DNA of 38,270 nucleotides from Candidatus Doudnabacteria bacterium (GCA_037200925.1 JBBCGO010000001.1:139552-177821), one strand, 5' to 3'; positions 17,702 through 26,923 are shown, numbered from the stretch's first letter. Notes: generated from the letters alone by a model not told the origin. Numbers and translations are program-made.

Positions 17702-18619
17702 TTATATTCGCAAATAGCGTCGGATGGCGATTGTAGATGCGATCAGGCACAAACAAACGCTGGCAGCAAGATTGATCAGCAAGATCTTCCAAAAAATGGC
17801 GTTGAACAAAGTTGTTCCCAGGCTTGAAATGGACAGAAATTGTTCGATCCTGCCGGAGAGCAGGAACAGGAGGACCAAAACCACGATAGAAACGAAAATT
17901 GTGGCAAACAACGCATATAAGATGCCTTCGATCATGAAAGGCCAGCGGATGTACCAATTGGTCGCGCCGACCAGGCGCATGATCTCCACTTCTTCGCGGC
18001 GATTGTAGATCGTCAGGCGGATAGTATTGAACGTCACCATGATCGTGACCAGGATGAATATGCCGGCCAGTATCAGGCCGAAGCGGGTGATGAAATTGAT
18101 GATGCTGTGCAATTTATCTATGACCTTCTGATTATCGCGCACGGTTTGAAAATACGGAGCATAACGGTCCGAGGTCAGGGTGCTGTAAATCTGCGGATAA
18201 TCCGACAGCTTGTCCGCGCGCACGGCCAAAGAGGCCGGAATCGGGCTGTCAGCGGCGGTAAATTCATTTAAAGTTTCAAGCAGAACCGGCTCGTTCTGAT
18301 GCCTCTGCTTGAAAAGATCCTCAGCCTGGGCTTTGGAAATGTATCCTACGGAACTTACGCCCGGCAGAGCTTCAATTTCAGCCCTGACATTGGTGATCTC
18401 GCTGTCAGTGGTCGTGTCGTTAAAATAAGCTGTGACCACGCCGACCTTGTCAGTGGAATTCTGGATGGCCAGCACGGTCAGGGTATAGAAAACCAGAATG
18501 GTTGAAATGATAAAAAGAGTGATGGCCACCATGGAAGTCGCGGCAATAGACACCCAAATATTCCGGAAGAAATTGGTTACGCCAGATTTTATCAGGCGAT
18601 TGGCGTTGGTGGCTGGCAT
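17702..18619 (-). CDS. ftsX: Cell division permease FtsX
   Basis: NFFRNIW, extracellular loop, FNTIRLTIYNRREEVEIMRLVGATNWYIRWPF..EG. Confidence 0.93.
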   Translation of the reverse strand: MPATNANRLIKSGVTNFFRNIWVSIAATSMVAITLFIISTILVFYTLTVLAIQNSTDKVGVVTAYFNDTTTDSEITNVRAEIEALPGVSSVGYISKAQAEDLFKQRHQNEPVLLETLNEFTAADSPIPASLAVRADKLSDYPQIYSTLTSDRYAPYFQTVRDNQKVIDKLHSIINFITRFGLILAGIFILVTIMVTFNTIRLTIYNRREEVEIMRLVGATNWYIRWPFMIEGILYALFATIFVSIVVLVLLFLLSGRIEQFLSISSLGTTLFNAIFWKILLINLAASVCLCLIASTIAIRRYLRI

Positions 18620-18649
18620 TTAGTAATTAGAAATTAGAAATAAAAAATT

Positions 18650-19327
18650 TTATAAAACGTACTTTCCTTTTTCCTGGTCATAGACTATCTCGCCCTTTTC
18701 AATGGTCACGACGCGTTTTTTCACGCTGTTGACCAGATCTTTGGCGTGCGTGGCCAGGATCACAGTCGTCCCCGCCTTATTGATCTTCATCAGCACCTGG
18801 ATAATGTCCCAGGCGTTGATAGAATCCAGGTTGCCTGTCGGCTCATCAGCTAAAAGCAGCACCGGATTATGCGACAATGCCCGGGCAATGGCCACCCGCT
18901 GTTTTTCTCCGCCTGACATTTCATTGGGAAACGCCTTGGCTTTATCCGTCAGCCCCACCAATTCCAAGATCCTCGGCACTTCTTTTTTTATGTGATTATG
19001 GTTTTCTCCGGAAACCTCAAGAGCAAAAGCCACGTTCTCATAAGCCGTTCTCCTTGGCAGGAGTTTGATATCCTGGAACACTACTCCGATCTTGCGGCGC
19101 AAGTAAGGGATGTCGGTGCGGCGGATCTGAGACACATCTATGTCATCGATCAGGATCCGACCCGAGTCTGCCCGTTCCTCGCCGATTATCAGAGATATCA
19201 GAGTGGACTTGCCGGCGCCGGATTGGCCGACAAGCGAAATAAACTCGCCTTTGTGGATGTCCAAGGTGATATCCTTCAGCGCCATGACTTTATTGTATGT
19301 TTTAGTTACTTGGTCGAATTGGATCAT
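18650..19327 (-). CDS. ftsE: Cell division ATP-binding protein FtsE
   Basis: GQSGAGKST, GVVFQD, MSGGEKQRVAIARAL, LLADEPTGNLD, ATH; adjacent to ftsX. Confidence 0.93.
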   Translation of the reverse strand: MIQFDQVTKTYNKVMALKDITLDIHKGEFISLVGQSGAGKSTLISLIIGEERADSGRILIDDIDVSQIRRTDIPYLRRKIGVVFQDIKLLPRRTAYENVAFALEVSGENHNHIKKEVPRILELVGLTDKAKAFPNEMSGGEKQRVAIARALSHNPVLLLADEPTGNLDSINAWDIIQVLMKINKAGTTVILATHAKDLVNSVKKRVVTIEKGEIVYDQEKGKYVL

Positions 19328-19335
19328 TTGAATAC

Positions 19336-19344
19336 ATTATAGCA
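19336..19344 (-). promoter_or_regulatory. Extended -10 (TGCTATAAT) for ftsE-ftsX-rplI-pyrG
   Basis: Lies 8 nt upstream of ATG 19327; no Shine-Dalgarno site. Confidence 0.65.
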
Positions 19345-19354
19345 GAAAATAGCA

Positions 19355-20456
19355 TTAAACCTTAGCATTTCTGTTTTTCTCCAAGTATTGCTTCACAAAT
19401 TCGGAAAGATCGCCTTCAAGCACCGATTCGGCATCCGAAGTCTCATAATTTGTGCGGTGATCTTTGACTAGCTTATAGGGATGCAGAACGTATGAGCGGA
19501 TCTGGTTTCCCCACTCGGCGCTGTGGAATTCACCGCGGATCTGGAGCTTTTCTTCCTGCTGCCGCTGTTCTTCGAGCTGCGCCAGTTTGGCAGTCAGGAT
19601 CTTCAGGGCCTGTTCTTTGTTCTGGGTCTGGGACCGTTCGTTTTGGATGGTCACAGTCAGGCCTGTGGGTTTGTGCGTGGCGCGGATGGCGGAATAAGTA
19701 GTGTTCACTGATTGCCCGCCGTGGCCGCGCGAGGTTTTGGCCTCTATTTCGATATCATCCATGTTCATTTTAAACTCGCCTTGCTCAATGATCGGCAAAA
19801 CTTCAACCAAAGCAAAAGATGTTTCTCTGGTATGCGTAGAATTGAACGGCGATTGCCGGACCAGGCGATGCACGCCGGCCTCGCTTTTAAAATAGCCGTA
19901 AGCGAACGGGCCGGAAATTTCCACAACAACACTTTTGATCCCGGCTTCAGCTCCGCGGCTTTCGTCGATGACCGCGGCCTTAAAATTATTTTTTTCCGCG
20001 AAGCGCAAAAACATGCGCAGCAGCATCTCGGCCCAATCCTGGGCATCCACACCGCCGGCGCCCGCATGGATGGAGAGTATCGCGTCATGATTATCGTATT
20101 TTGCCGAAAGAAAGGTGGTCAGCCGGATTTGTTCGTACAAAGCCTTTAAAAGCTTAAATTTTGACTTTAAATCTGTCTCCAGAGCCTTATCCGTCTCTTT
20201 GACCGCCTCAGACGCAAAGGCCTCTAAATCGTGAATTTCCTGCTCAAATTTAAACCAGTCCTCAATTTGCTTTTTTAAGCTGGAAAGCTGTTTGGACTTG
20301 GCTTTGGCCGCGTTTTGGTCTGACCAGAACCCAGGATCAGACATTGCTTCTTCAAGTTCTAGGATCTTTTGTTTTTTTTGAGGCAGGTCAAAGATGCTCC
20401 TTCAGATCGAGCATCTGTTTTTTTAAACTTTTAATTTCTCTGAGAAGTTCTTCCAT
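19355..20456 (-). CDS. prfB: Peptide chain release factor 2, with +1 programmed ribosomal frameshift
   Basis: Frame 0 MEELLREIKSLKKQMLDLKEHL ends at CTT TGA C (20393-20387); the +1 frame continues DLPQKK...GVHRLVRQSPF (SPF) and SRGHGGQSVN (GGQ); 366 aa. Confidence 0.95.
20387..20402 (-). promoter_or_regulatory. prfB frameshift cassette (AAGGAG-CAT-CTT-TGA-C)
   Basis: Internal Shine-Dalgarno-like AAGGAG 3 nt before the slippery CTT TGA C, matching the canonical RF2 autoregulatory site. Confidence 0.92.
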
Positions 20457-21112
20457 ATGATTGTTTTAAGCTCCTTAAGGTTATGGATCAGGAAATCCGG
20501 CTTTGCTGCCTTAAGTCTCGCTGTGCTTTGGTAGCCTTGGGTCAATGCAACCGTAGTATAGCCGAATTTTCGCCCAATTTCTATTTCTTCAGTAGTATCT
20601 CCGACTGTCAAAACCTCACGCGGACGCAAACGCAAACCCTGAACATATCGACGAAGTTTTTCCGCTTTGCCTTGAGCCGTCATATGCGAAGAATCAGCAA
20701 TTGAGCTTCTGGCCAAAATTCCGTCAAAATATCCGTCGATATGCAGCCGTCTGGCCTGCTTTTGTATGTGAGGAACGATGTGATTGCTGAAAATTATACT
20801 TTTGATCTTTTGTGACCGCAACCATGCCAATATGCCCCGAGTGCCTGACCTTGTGCGGCAAAAAGCTTCCCGCGGTTCATAATGCTTTTGGAACACTAAA
20901 TGGATTTCGTGAGATTTAGCATTAAATACTTTTGGATCAAATCCCGCTTTGATCCAATACGTTTTGATCGGGATGTCATATTGGTCTTGGAACTCTTTGA
21001 GGTTCGTTGCCTGTAACCCAAAGTGCAAACGGGTCGCGCTTTCGGCGCGAACCACTGCATTCGTGTCTGATAAGATCGTGCCGTTCCAGTCAAAAGCAAC
21101 TAATTTGATCAT
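20423..21112 (-). CDS. HAD superfamily hydrolase (phosphatase)
   Basis: Motif I variant FDWNGT, IFSN, motif IV VGDTTEEI, PDFLI. Confidence 0.88.
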   Translation of the reverse strand: MIKLVAFDWNGTILSDTNAVVRAESATRLHFGLQATNLKEFQDQYDIPIKTYWIKAGFDPKVFNAKSHEIHLVFQKHYEPREAFCRTRSGTRGILAWLRSQKIKSIIFSNHIVPHIQKQARRLHIDGYFDGILARSSIADSSHMTAQGKAEKLRRYVQGLRLRPREVLTVGDTTEEIEIGRKFGYTTVALTQGYQSTARLKAAKPDFLIHNLKELKTIIWKNFSEKLKV

Positions 21113-21114
21113 AT

Positions 21115-21699
21115 TTATTTCCCGGCATTCGGGTCAGTCAGCCATTTGTTCATTTTCATATGCCATTGATTTGGATCTGAGGTTTGAATTTCATCCCAGA
21201 GTTTTTTTGCCGATTCAGTATATAGTTTTTCTTCCCGCACAAACTTTCTGTTCTCTTTCCATTTTCCGGGAAGCTTGGACCCCATCTCGTCGATCTCCTT
21301 TAGTTCCAGATCGATATCCAAATTATCTGCATCCTTTACGATCTTAGCCTCGATGGAATCCCTTTTTTCATAGTCCTCGATAATTTTCCGAAAATCCTGA
21401 ACTATCGTTCCGGCAAACATATCATCAGCCGCCCTATGTTCGTCGGCTTTGACGTAGACTTTTTGCACATAACTTAGATCCGATGTCCTGGTTTCTGCCA
21501 CATCATGCACGAGGGCCATTTTAATGATCGTATTTTCATCGCCTTTTTTCTCCATCCGTGAAATGATCAGCGCCAGCCAAATGAGGCGATAAGTATGCTC
21601 AAGATCGGAAGCCACGTCAAAACCCAAGTGCTGACGCCAGCCTCTCGGGACGTTCCGCAGGGACCCGATCTCGTATAAAAAATCTATATCCCGGTTCAT
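21115..21699 (-). CDS. HD domain hydrolase (YfbR/HDDC2-like 5'-deoxynucleotidase family)
   Basis: LRNVPRGW, LEHTYR, ALVHDVAE.RTSD, KIVKDADNLD. Confidence 0.88.
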   Translation of the reverse strand: MNRDIDFLYEIGSLRNVPRGWRQHLGFDVASDLEHTYRLIWLALIISRMEKKGDENTIIKMALVHDVAETRTSDLSYVQKVYVKADEHRAADDMFAGTIVQDFRKIIEDYEKRDSIEAKIVKDADNLDIDLELKEIDEMGSKLPGKWKENRKFVREEKLYTESAKKLWDEIQTSDPNQWHMKMNKWLTDPNAGK

Positions 21700-21700
21700 A

Positions 21701-22183
21701 TTATTTTATTCTTTCATAGGTTGTCCATGAAAATTCCTTATGCGGCTTTTCAGAAACCTTCTTCCATTTGGCCGGATCGATCTCGGGAAACAGAACATCG
21801 CCGTCAATTTCTCTATGGATGTGCGTAATAATTAATTTATCGGCCTGATCGATCAGTTGAGCGTAGATCTGTCCTCCGCCCGTCACCATCACTTCGTCCT
21901 CAGCCTGCAGATTCTCAAGCGCATCTTCCACACTGCTGTAAACCTCAACTCCATCCGGTACCTGCCAGTCGGTATGCCTGCTGATCACGACATTCTTCCG
22001 GCCTGGCAGAGGCTTGCCTAATTTTTGCATGATCGAATCAAAGGTATTCCGTCCCATCAGGCAGGTCTTGCCTATAGTGACATCCTTAAAATGCTTCAAG
22101 TCTTCCGGAATGTACCAAGGCATAGAGTTCTGGCTGCCGATCACGCCATTTTTGGCCACCGCGGCAACGAGTGTTAGTCTCAT
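21701..22183 (-). CDS. folA: Dihydrofolate reductase
   Basis: NGVIG.QNSMPWYIPEDLKHFK, MGRNTF, PLPGRKNVVISR, GGGQIY, GDVLFP. Confidence 0.96.
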   Translation of the reverse strand: MRLTLVAAVAKNGVIGSQNSMPWYIPEDLKHFKDVTIGKTCLMGRNTFDSIMQKLGKPLPGRKNVVISRHTDWQVPDGVEVYSSVEDALENLQAEDEVMVTGGGQIYAQLIDQADKLIITHIHREIDGDVLFPEIDPAKWKKVSEKPHKEFSWTTYERIK

Positions 22184-22599
22184 GGGTTTAAAAACTTAAT
22201 TGCGGCATCTATTGCCTCTTTAACGTTCACCACTAAAGTCATTTCTTTTAGCTGATCTATAGGTACCCACTCGGGTATTGTTTCTTCAGAAGATTTTAAT
22301 TCTCCCTGGTACTGTTTCACTAGAAAAAATCTTATAGAATATTCTACTTTGCCCTCTTTTCGGTCAAGCTCTGCAACGTAAAAATTATTTTCAAATTCTT
22401 CGAGACTATCTTCTGTTGTGTTTAAACCAGTTTCTTCTTTGAGTTCTCTTAACGCTGCTTGTTTTTCATTTTCATCTTCTTCAAGTCTACCCGCTGGTGC
22501 TCCGTATATTTCGTGAGCGTAACCAGACTTTTCAGTATTTTTTACTAGCAATACTTTATCGCCTGCCAACACAATCATGCCAACAGAATGTTTGCTCAT
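22180..22599 (-). CDS. NUDIX hydrolase
   Basis: Nudix box GRLEEDENEKQAALRELKEETGL. Confidence 0.92.
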   Translation of the reverse strand: MSKHSVGMIVLAGDKVLLVKNTEKSGYAHEIYGAPAGRLEEDENEKQAALRELKEETGLNTTEDSLEEFENNFYVAELDRKEGKVEYSIRFFLVKQYQGELKSSEETIPEWVPIDQLKEMTLVVNVKEAIDAAIKFLNP

Positions 22600-23540
22600 T
22601 GCTTTTCAAAAAATCCGCCGGATACGCTTAACTCAGCTTTCAAGCCCGGATGAGGGTCATAATCAACAAGTTTAACAAGTTCCGGTTTGAAGTCATCAAT
22701 GTTTTTGACGGACGGGTCCAGTTCGATCTTTGGGAACGGTTTCGGCTCGCGCTTGAGCTGTTCTTTGACCGGCTCAAGGTGCTTTTCGTAAATATGAAAA
22801 TCTCCGAGCGTATGCACAAATTCTCCAGGCTCGTATCCGGTTACTCTCGATAAAATAATTGTGAGCAAGGCATAACTTGCGATATTGAACGGCACACCCA
22901 AGAACATATCCGCGCTTCTCTGATAAAGTTGCAAGTTCAATTTGCCCTTGATCAGATCGATCTGATACATATTGTGGCAGATCGGAAAACGAGACGCGTC
23001 CTCGTATGCGGCCATGGAATAAAGATATTCCGGGTTCCACGAATTCACTATCAAATTATGCGCGTTCGGATCGTCCTTGAGTTCTTGGATCGCCCAGGCC
23101 AACTGATCGATCGTACGTCCCGGCGTTCTCGTGGGCCAGCGGCGCCACATTTCGCCGTAGATTCTCGGCAATTCTCCGTGCTCTTTTGCAAATGCATCGT
23201 CATCGATCATTTTTTGGACAAATTCTTCTTTCGTCAGGCCGGGATTTTTTTTATTGTAAATTTTATAAGGATAATCGTCCCAGATATGAACGCCTTTTCG
23301 CGTCAGATACGAGACATTGCTTTGGCCGGATATGAACCAATACAACTCTTCGACCACGCCCTTCCAAAAAACTTTTTTTGTAGTCAGCATGGGAAAACCC
23401 ATGGAGAGATCAAAACGCATCTGCGCGCCGAACAAGCTGAAAGACGCATCGCCCGTCCCGCGGTCGACCTTCCTGTCTCCTTTTTCCAGGATTTGTTTGA
23501 GCAAATCCAGATATTGATATTCCGGGTGTCTGTTTTCCAT
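22596..23540 (-). CDS. thyA: Thymidylate synthase
   Basis: DRGTG, FPMLTTKKV, HIWD, ICH (catalytic Cys), YQRSADMFLGVPFNIASY, GDFHIYEKH. Confidence 0.96.
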   Translation of the reverse strand: MENRHPEYQYLDLLKQILEKGDRKVDRGTGDASFSLFGAQMRFDLSMGFPMLTTKKVFWKGVVEELYWFISGQSNVSYLTRKGVHIWDDYPYKIYNKKNPGLTKEEFVQKMIDDDAFAKEHGELPRIYGEMWRRWPTRTPGRTIDQLAWAIQELKDDPNAHNLIVNSWNPEYLYSMAAYEDASRFPICHNMYQIDLIKGKLNLQLYQRSADMFLGVPFNIASYALLTIILSRVTGYEPGEFVHTLGDFHIYEKHLEPVKEQLKREPKPFPKIELDPSVKNIDDFKPELVKLVDYDPHPGLKAELSVSGGFFEKQ

Positions 23541-23542
23541 AC

Positions 23543-24226
23543 TTATTCAATATTAAATGTTTTGTCAGTTCCGTAATAATCCTGCCAATGTTTGTTGTAG
23601 TAGTCAAACATCCGCGCCAGGCGCGCTTGATTCAGTTCTTGTAAGCCAAGCTCTTCGATAATTTCCCTTATCTTGGCTTTTGTCACGTCCGCTTTGGCTG
23701 CATCATCAATTACTGATTCGAATTCGGCCAGATAGCCGTAGCCTGCGTTTTTATCGACCGTAACACTCAATCCTTTATATTTATATTCTTCCCGCTCGCG
23801 CGACCATTTGGCCTGATATTCAAAACCGCAATCAACTAAAATCTGATCAAGCTCGTCAAGGGTCAAATATACTCCTGATTCAAATTCTTGCCGGGCCGTA
23901 CCATTGCTTGAGGTCGTATCATCTATAGCTACTTTGATCACAAAGATGACTTTTCCGTCAGCTGAGCGCGTTCTTACGGAAAATTCTTTAAAGTCTTCTG
24001 CGTGAGCCAGCAGATCATCAAATTCTTGCTGTTTGTCAGCCATAAGATGCGGTTCCAATTTGCTGCGGAGCACCATAAGGTTGCCCTTTACGAAATAATG
24101 GTTGAGCTGGTTATGTTTGCCGGCAAAAAACAAGGCAGGATCGGACTGCTTCATTTTTTCAACAAGCGCCTGGGCCTGAAGTTTTCCGCCGACCAGGCTT
24201 TTAATTTCTATTTCATAATTTACCAT
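23543..24226 (-). CDS. CYTH domain protein (triphosphate tunnel metalloenzyme)
   Basis: N-terminal YEIEIK (ExExK), VRTR, RQEFE, KWSREREEY, VTVD....YGYLAEFE. Confidence 0.8.
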   Translation of the reverse strand: MVNYEIEIKSLVGGKLQAQALVEKMKQSDPALFFAGKHNQLNHYFVKGNLMVLRSKLEPHLMADKQQEFDDLLAHAEDFKEFSVRTRSADGKVIFVIKVAIDDTTSSNGTARQEFESGVYLTLDELDQILVDCGFEYQAKWSREREEYKYKGLSVTVDKNAGYGYLAEFESVIDDAAKADVTKAKIREIIEELGLQELNQARLARMFDYYNKHWQDYYGTDKTFNIE

Positions 24227-24899
24227 GGAGATATTTTTTTACGATCGGATAAATTTTGTCGCTGACTTCCGCTGGGGTCAGTAATCTTCCGTCCACAAAG
24301 CTTTCAACCAATTTATAACCGAATTTTTTGGCGATATGGAGGTAGATGCTTTCTGCGATGATCAAATGCTTGGTATCTTTTTCGTGAATGTCCATGCGTT
24401 TGGCTCCTAAGTAATGCCTGGGCCCGCGCTGCCTGATCAGTTTCATGGATACTTTCGGCGGGAGATGCAAGATTATCTCCAGGTCAGGCTTCGGGATCTT
24501 CATGAAATTGTATTCAAAATCAGCAAGCCACTTGAAATATTTTTCACGCTGTATCGGACTTTTTATCTTGCCGCCCTGGTGGGCCATGTTTGCCGTGACA
24601 TACCGGTTGGAGATTACAACGTACCCTTCCGACAAATGCTTTTTGATCCTTCGCGATGCGGCAAAACGGTCAACCGCGTAGAATATCGACGGGATATATG
24701 CACCCAGTTCTTCCGCAGAACCGTATTGCCCGGTCAGGTAATCTTCAACCGGTCCGGCAGATTTTTGACCATATTGCGGGAAATCTTCAATTTTGACCTT
24801 GACTCCGGTTTTTTCCAGGCGCTTGACCAAAAGTTTGGTCTGCGTGGCTTTGCCCGAGCCGTCCGTGCCGTCTATGACAATGAATTTGCCTTTTTTCAT
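24213..24899 (-). CDS. tmk: Thymidylate kinase
   Basis: FIVIDGTDGSGKATQ, FPQY, YAVDRF, NRYVTANMAHQG, PKPDL. Confidence 0.93.
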   Translation of the reverse strand: MKKGKFIVIDGTDGSGKATQTKLLVKRLEKTGVKVKIEDFPQYGQKSAGPVEDYLTGQYGSAEELGAYIPSIFYAVDRFAASRRIKKHLSEGYVVISNRYVTANMAHQGGKIKSPIQREKYFKWLADFEYNFMKIPKPDLEIILHLPPKVSMKLIRQRGPRHYLGAKRMDIHEKDTKHLIIAESIYLHIAKKFGYKLVESFVDGRLLTPAEVSDKIYPIVKKYLHGKL

Positions 24900-25594
24900 T
24901 AGATTTTTACTCCTGCTATTAAGCCGCGGTCCAATTGCAAATGCAGCCAGCCTGTTTTAAAACCTGCTTCATTCATCCAATGCATTTCGTCTTCCAAAGA
25001 GGCTGGATAGTCTTCTTTGGTGCTGATTTGCTCTTTATATTTATCAAAGGTCTTATTACTTTTCAATTTTGCCTGACGCTCCTGCCAGTTCCATGCGCCT
25101 TTGTAAATCTTGAACATCGGCTCCGCGTCAATCTTGAACCGGTCTAGAAGAAAATACATACCTCCCGGTTCCAATGCATCGGAGACAAATTTAAAAATCT
25201 GTTTCTTTTTTTCATGAGCAAGTTCATGCAGGACCTGGCAAGTGATTGCAAATTGGTACTTATTTTCCGGCAGAACCAGGGAATTTATCTCTTCCAGGTT
25301 ATGTTTGATCATGGTCACCTGCGACAAAAAAGGTTCAAGGCGTTTTTTGGCTTTTTCGATCATTGCATCCGAAGAGTCAACGCCAACTATTTCCGCATGA
25401 GGGATTTTTTTCAGAATAAGGTCTTCGACCTGACCCGTGCCAAAGCCCAGATCTAAAATTTTATTACCTCTCTCGTAGTTATCAACAATTATTGAAGTCA
25501 TCAGGTCCAGCTGGGCCAGGCGTGATGGATTTCCTTTGTGGGTGTCTGTATCCCAGTCCGTCGCAAATTCCTGATGGTGCCAATTATCTTTCAT
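24899..25594 (-). CDS. Class I SAM-dependent methyltransferase
   Basis: ILDLGFGTG, VGVDSSDAMI, VLHEL...ALEPGG; coupled to dcd and tmk by TAATG overlaps. Confidence 0.88.
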   Translation of the reverse strand: MKDNWHHQEFATDWDTDTHKGNPSRLAQLDLMTSIIVDNYERGNKILDLGFGTGQVEDLILKKIPHAEIVGVDSSDAMIEKAKKRLEPFLSQVTMIKHNLEEINSLVLPENKYQFAITCQVLHELAHEKKKQIFKFVSDALEPGGMYFLLDRFKIDAEPMFKIYKGAWNWQERQAKLKSNKTFDKYKEQISTKEDYPASLEDEMHWMNEAGFKTGWLHLQLDRGLIAGVKI

Positions 25595-26160
25595 TATAGT
25601 CCTCCCAAAACGCTTCCGACTGTTTTATTCTGATGTTTATACTTGGAACTTTCACGGTCCGCGTATGCTTGAGAAACTTCAGAGCTGATCTGTTCAAAAA
25701 GAAGCTGGCAAATTCTCATCCGGGGATGAAGCACGATCGGCACCGTTCCGATATTAGTGATTTCTAAAACCAGATTTCCTTTAAAACCCGGGTCAACCTT
25801 TCCGGCGGTAGAATGAATGACCAACCCGAGTCTTCCTAATGAGGACTTCCCTTCTAATCTGCCGGACAGAGTGTTCGGCAATTCAATTTTTTCATAGGTC
25901 GACCCTAGTACGAAGTCTCTGGGCCGAATTACCAGCGTATCATTATCAGATATCGTGATTTGTTCTTCCAAACCTTCCGGGATCTTTTTATCTACGGCAT
26001 CAATAAATGAATGCGAAGAACTTCTGTACAATATAAATTCATTTCCCAGCGTTAGATCAATAGACACTGTGCCAAGCACTTCTGCCAAGTTTGGCACCGG
26101 GTTTATTTTGATTTCTTGACTTTCCAGCTTAGCTTTTATGTCTTTGTCGGAGAGGATCAT
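25594..26160 (-). CDS. dcd: dCTP deaminase
   Basis: MILSDKDI, SIDLTLG, EGKSSLGRLGL, AGKVDPGFKG.LVLE, RICQL, SKY. Confidence 0.95.
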   Translation of the reverse strand: MILSDKDIKAKLESQEIKINPVPNLAEVLGTVSIDLTLGNEFILYRSSSHSFIDAVDKKIPEGLEEQITISDNDTLVIRPRDFVLGSTYEKIELPNTLSGRLEGKSSLGRLGLVIHSTAGKVDPGFKGNLVLEITNIGTVPIVLHPRMRICQLLFEQISSEVSQAYADRESSKYKHQNKTVGSVLGGL

Positions 26161-26183
26161 TGTCCAATAATTAATTCTTTTCT

Positions 26184-26192
26184 ATTTTAGCA
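26184..26192 (-). promoter_or_regulatory. Extended -10 (TGCTAAAAT) for the dcd...prfB operon
   Basis: Lies 23 nt upstream of the dcd ATG and just downstream of the rplA terminator. Confidence 0.55.
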
Positions 26193-26202
26193 TATTTTTG
26201 CC

Positions 26203-26232
26203 AAACAAAAAACGCGGCATAAAACCGCGTTT
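26203..26232 (-). terminator. Rho-independent terminator after rplA
   Basis: AAACGCGG/CCGCGTTT stem with 7-nt loop and a U tract on the minus strand. Confidence 0.8.
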
Positions 26233-26237
26233 GGTTA

Positions 26238-26912
26238 TCAAATTTTTACCTTAATGCCAGGCCCCATGGTGGCATGTACTGTCACTGCCATAATAAACTC
26301 TTTCTTCAGGCCGGCTGGTTTTGATTGATTTAAAGCGTCCATAAAAGTATTGAGATTCTCAACGATCTGCTCATCCGGAAAATTGCTTTTGCCCAGTATC
26401 ATGTGAACATTGCCTGATTCGTCATTTTTAAATTCCGTTTTGCCGGTGGCGAATTCCTTGATCGCCTTGGCAATATCAGCGGCCACAGTTCCTGATTTCG
26501 GGTTCGGCATCAAGCCTCTTGGCCCCAAAAGTTTGGCAATCGCGGCCAATTTCGGCATCATGGCGGGCTCGGCCAAAGCGATGTCAAAATTCAACTGCTC
26601 CGTTTCCTTGATCTTTTTTATCAGCTCCTCGCCGCCAACAACAACTGCCCCGGCATCGGTTGCATCTTTTTCTTTGCCCGGCATGACGAAAGCGGCGATG
26701 CGCTTGGTCTTGCCCGTGCCGTGAGGCAATGTCACAGTGGCTCGCACAGTCTGGTCTGTTTTTTTCGGGTCGATCCCGAGCCGCACGTGGACTTCAATAT
26801 TGCCGACAAACTTGGTGGTTGCGGTTTTTTTCGCCAAGGCCACGGCTTCGGCAATTGGATAAGACTTGGAAGCATCCACTTCCTTTAAAGCATTTTCTAA
26901 TCTTTTGCCCAT
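26238..26912 (-). CDS. rplA: 50S ribosomal protein L1
   Basis: RLGIDP, LPHGTGK, LLGPRGLMPNPKSGTV, TMGPGIK; AGGAG Shine-Dalgarno site. Confidence 0.98.
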   Translation of the reverse strand: MGKRLENALKEVDASKSYPIAEAVALAKKTATTKFVGNIEVHVRLGIDPKKTDQTVRATVTLPHGTGKTKRIAAFVMPGKEKDATDAGAVVVGGEELIKKIKETEQLNFDIALAEPAMMPKLAAIAKLLGPRGLMPNPKSGTVAADIAKAIKEFATGKTEFKNDESGNVHMILGKSNFPDEQIVENLNTFMDALNQSKPAGLKKEFIMAVTVHATMGPGIKVKI

Positions 26913-26923
26913 ATATCTCCTTT

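Noticed and set aside
19355-20456. prfB as a pseudogene or error
   Set aside because: The break is the canonical CTT TGA C programmed frameshift with an upstream Shine-Dalgarno-like sequence.
22596-23540. ThyA as a phage-type dCMP hydroxymethylase for modified DNA
   Set aside because: The specificity residue is Asn (VPFNIASY) as in dUMP enzymes, and no phage genes are nearby.
22929-23576. 215-aa plus-strand ORF and similar antisense ORFs across the dTMP operon
   Set aside because: Shadows of well-supported minus-strand genes.
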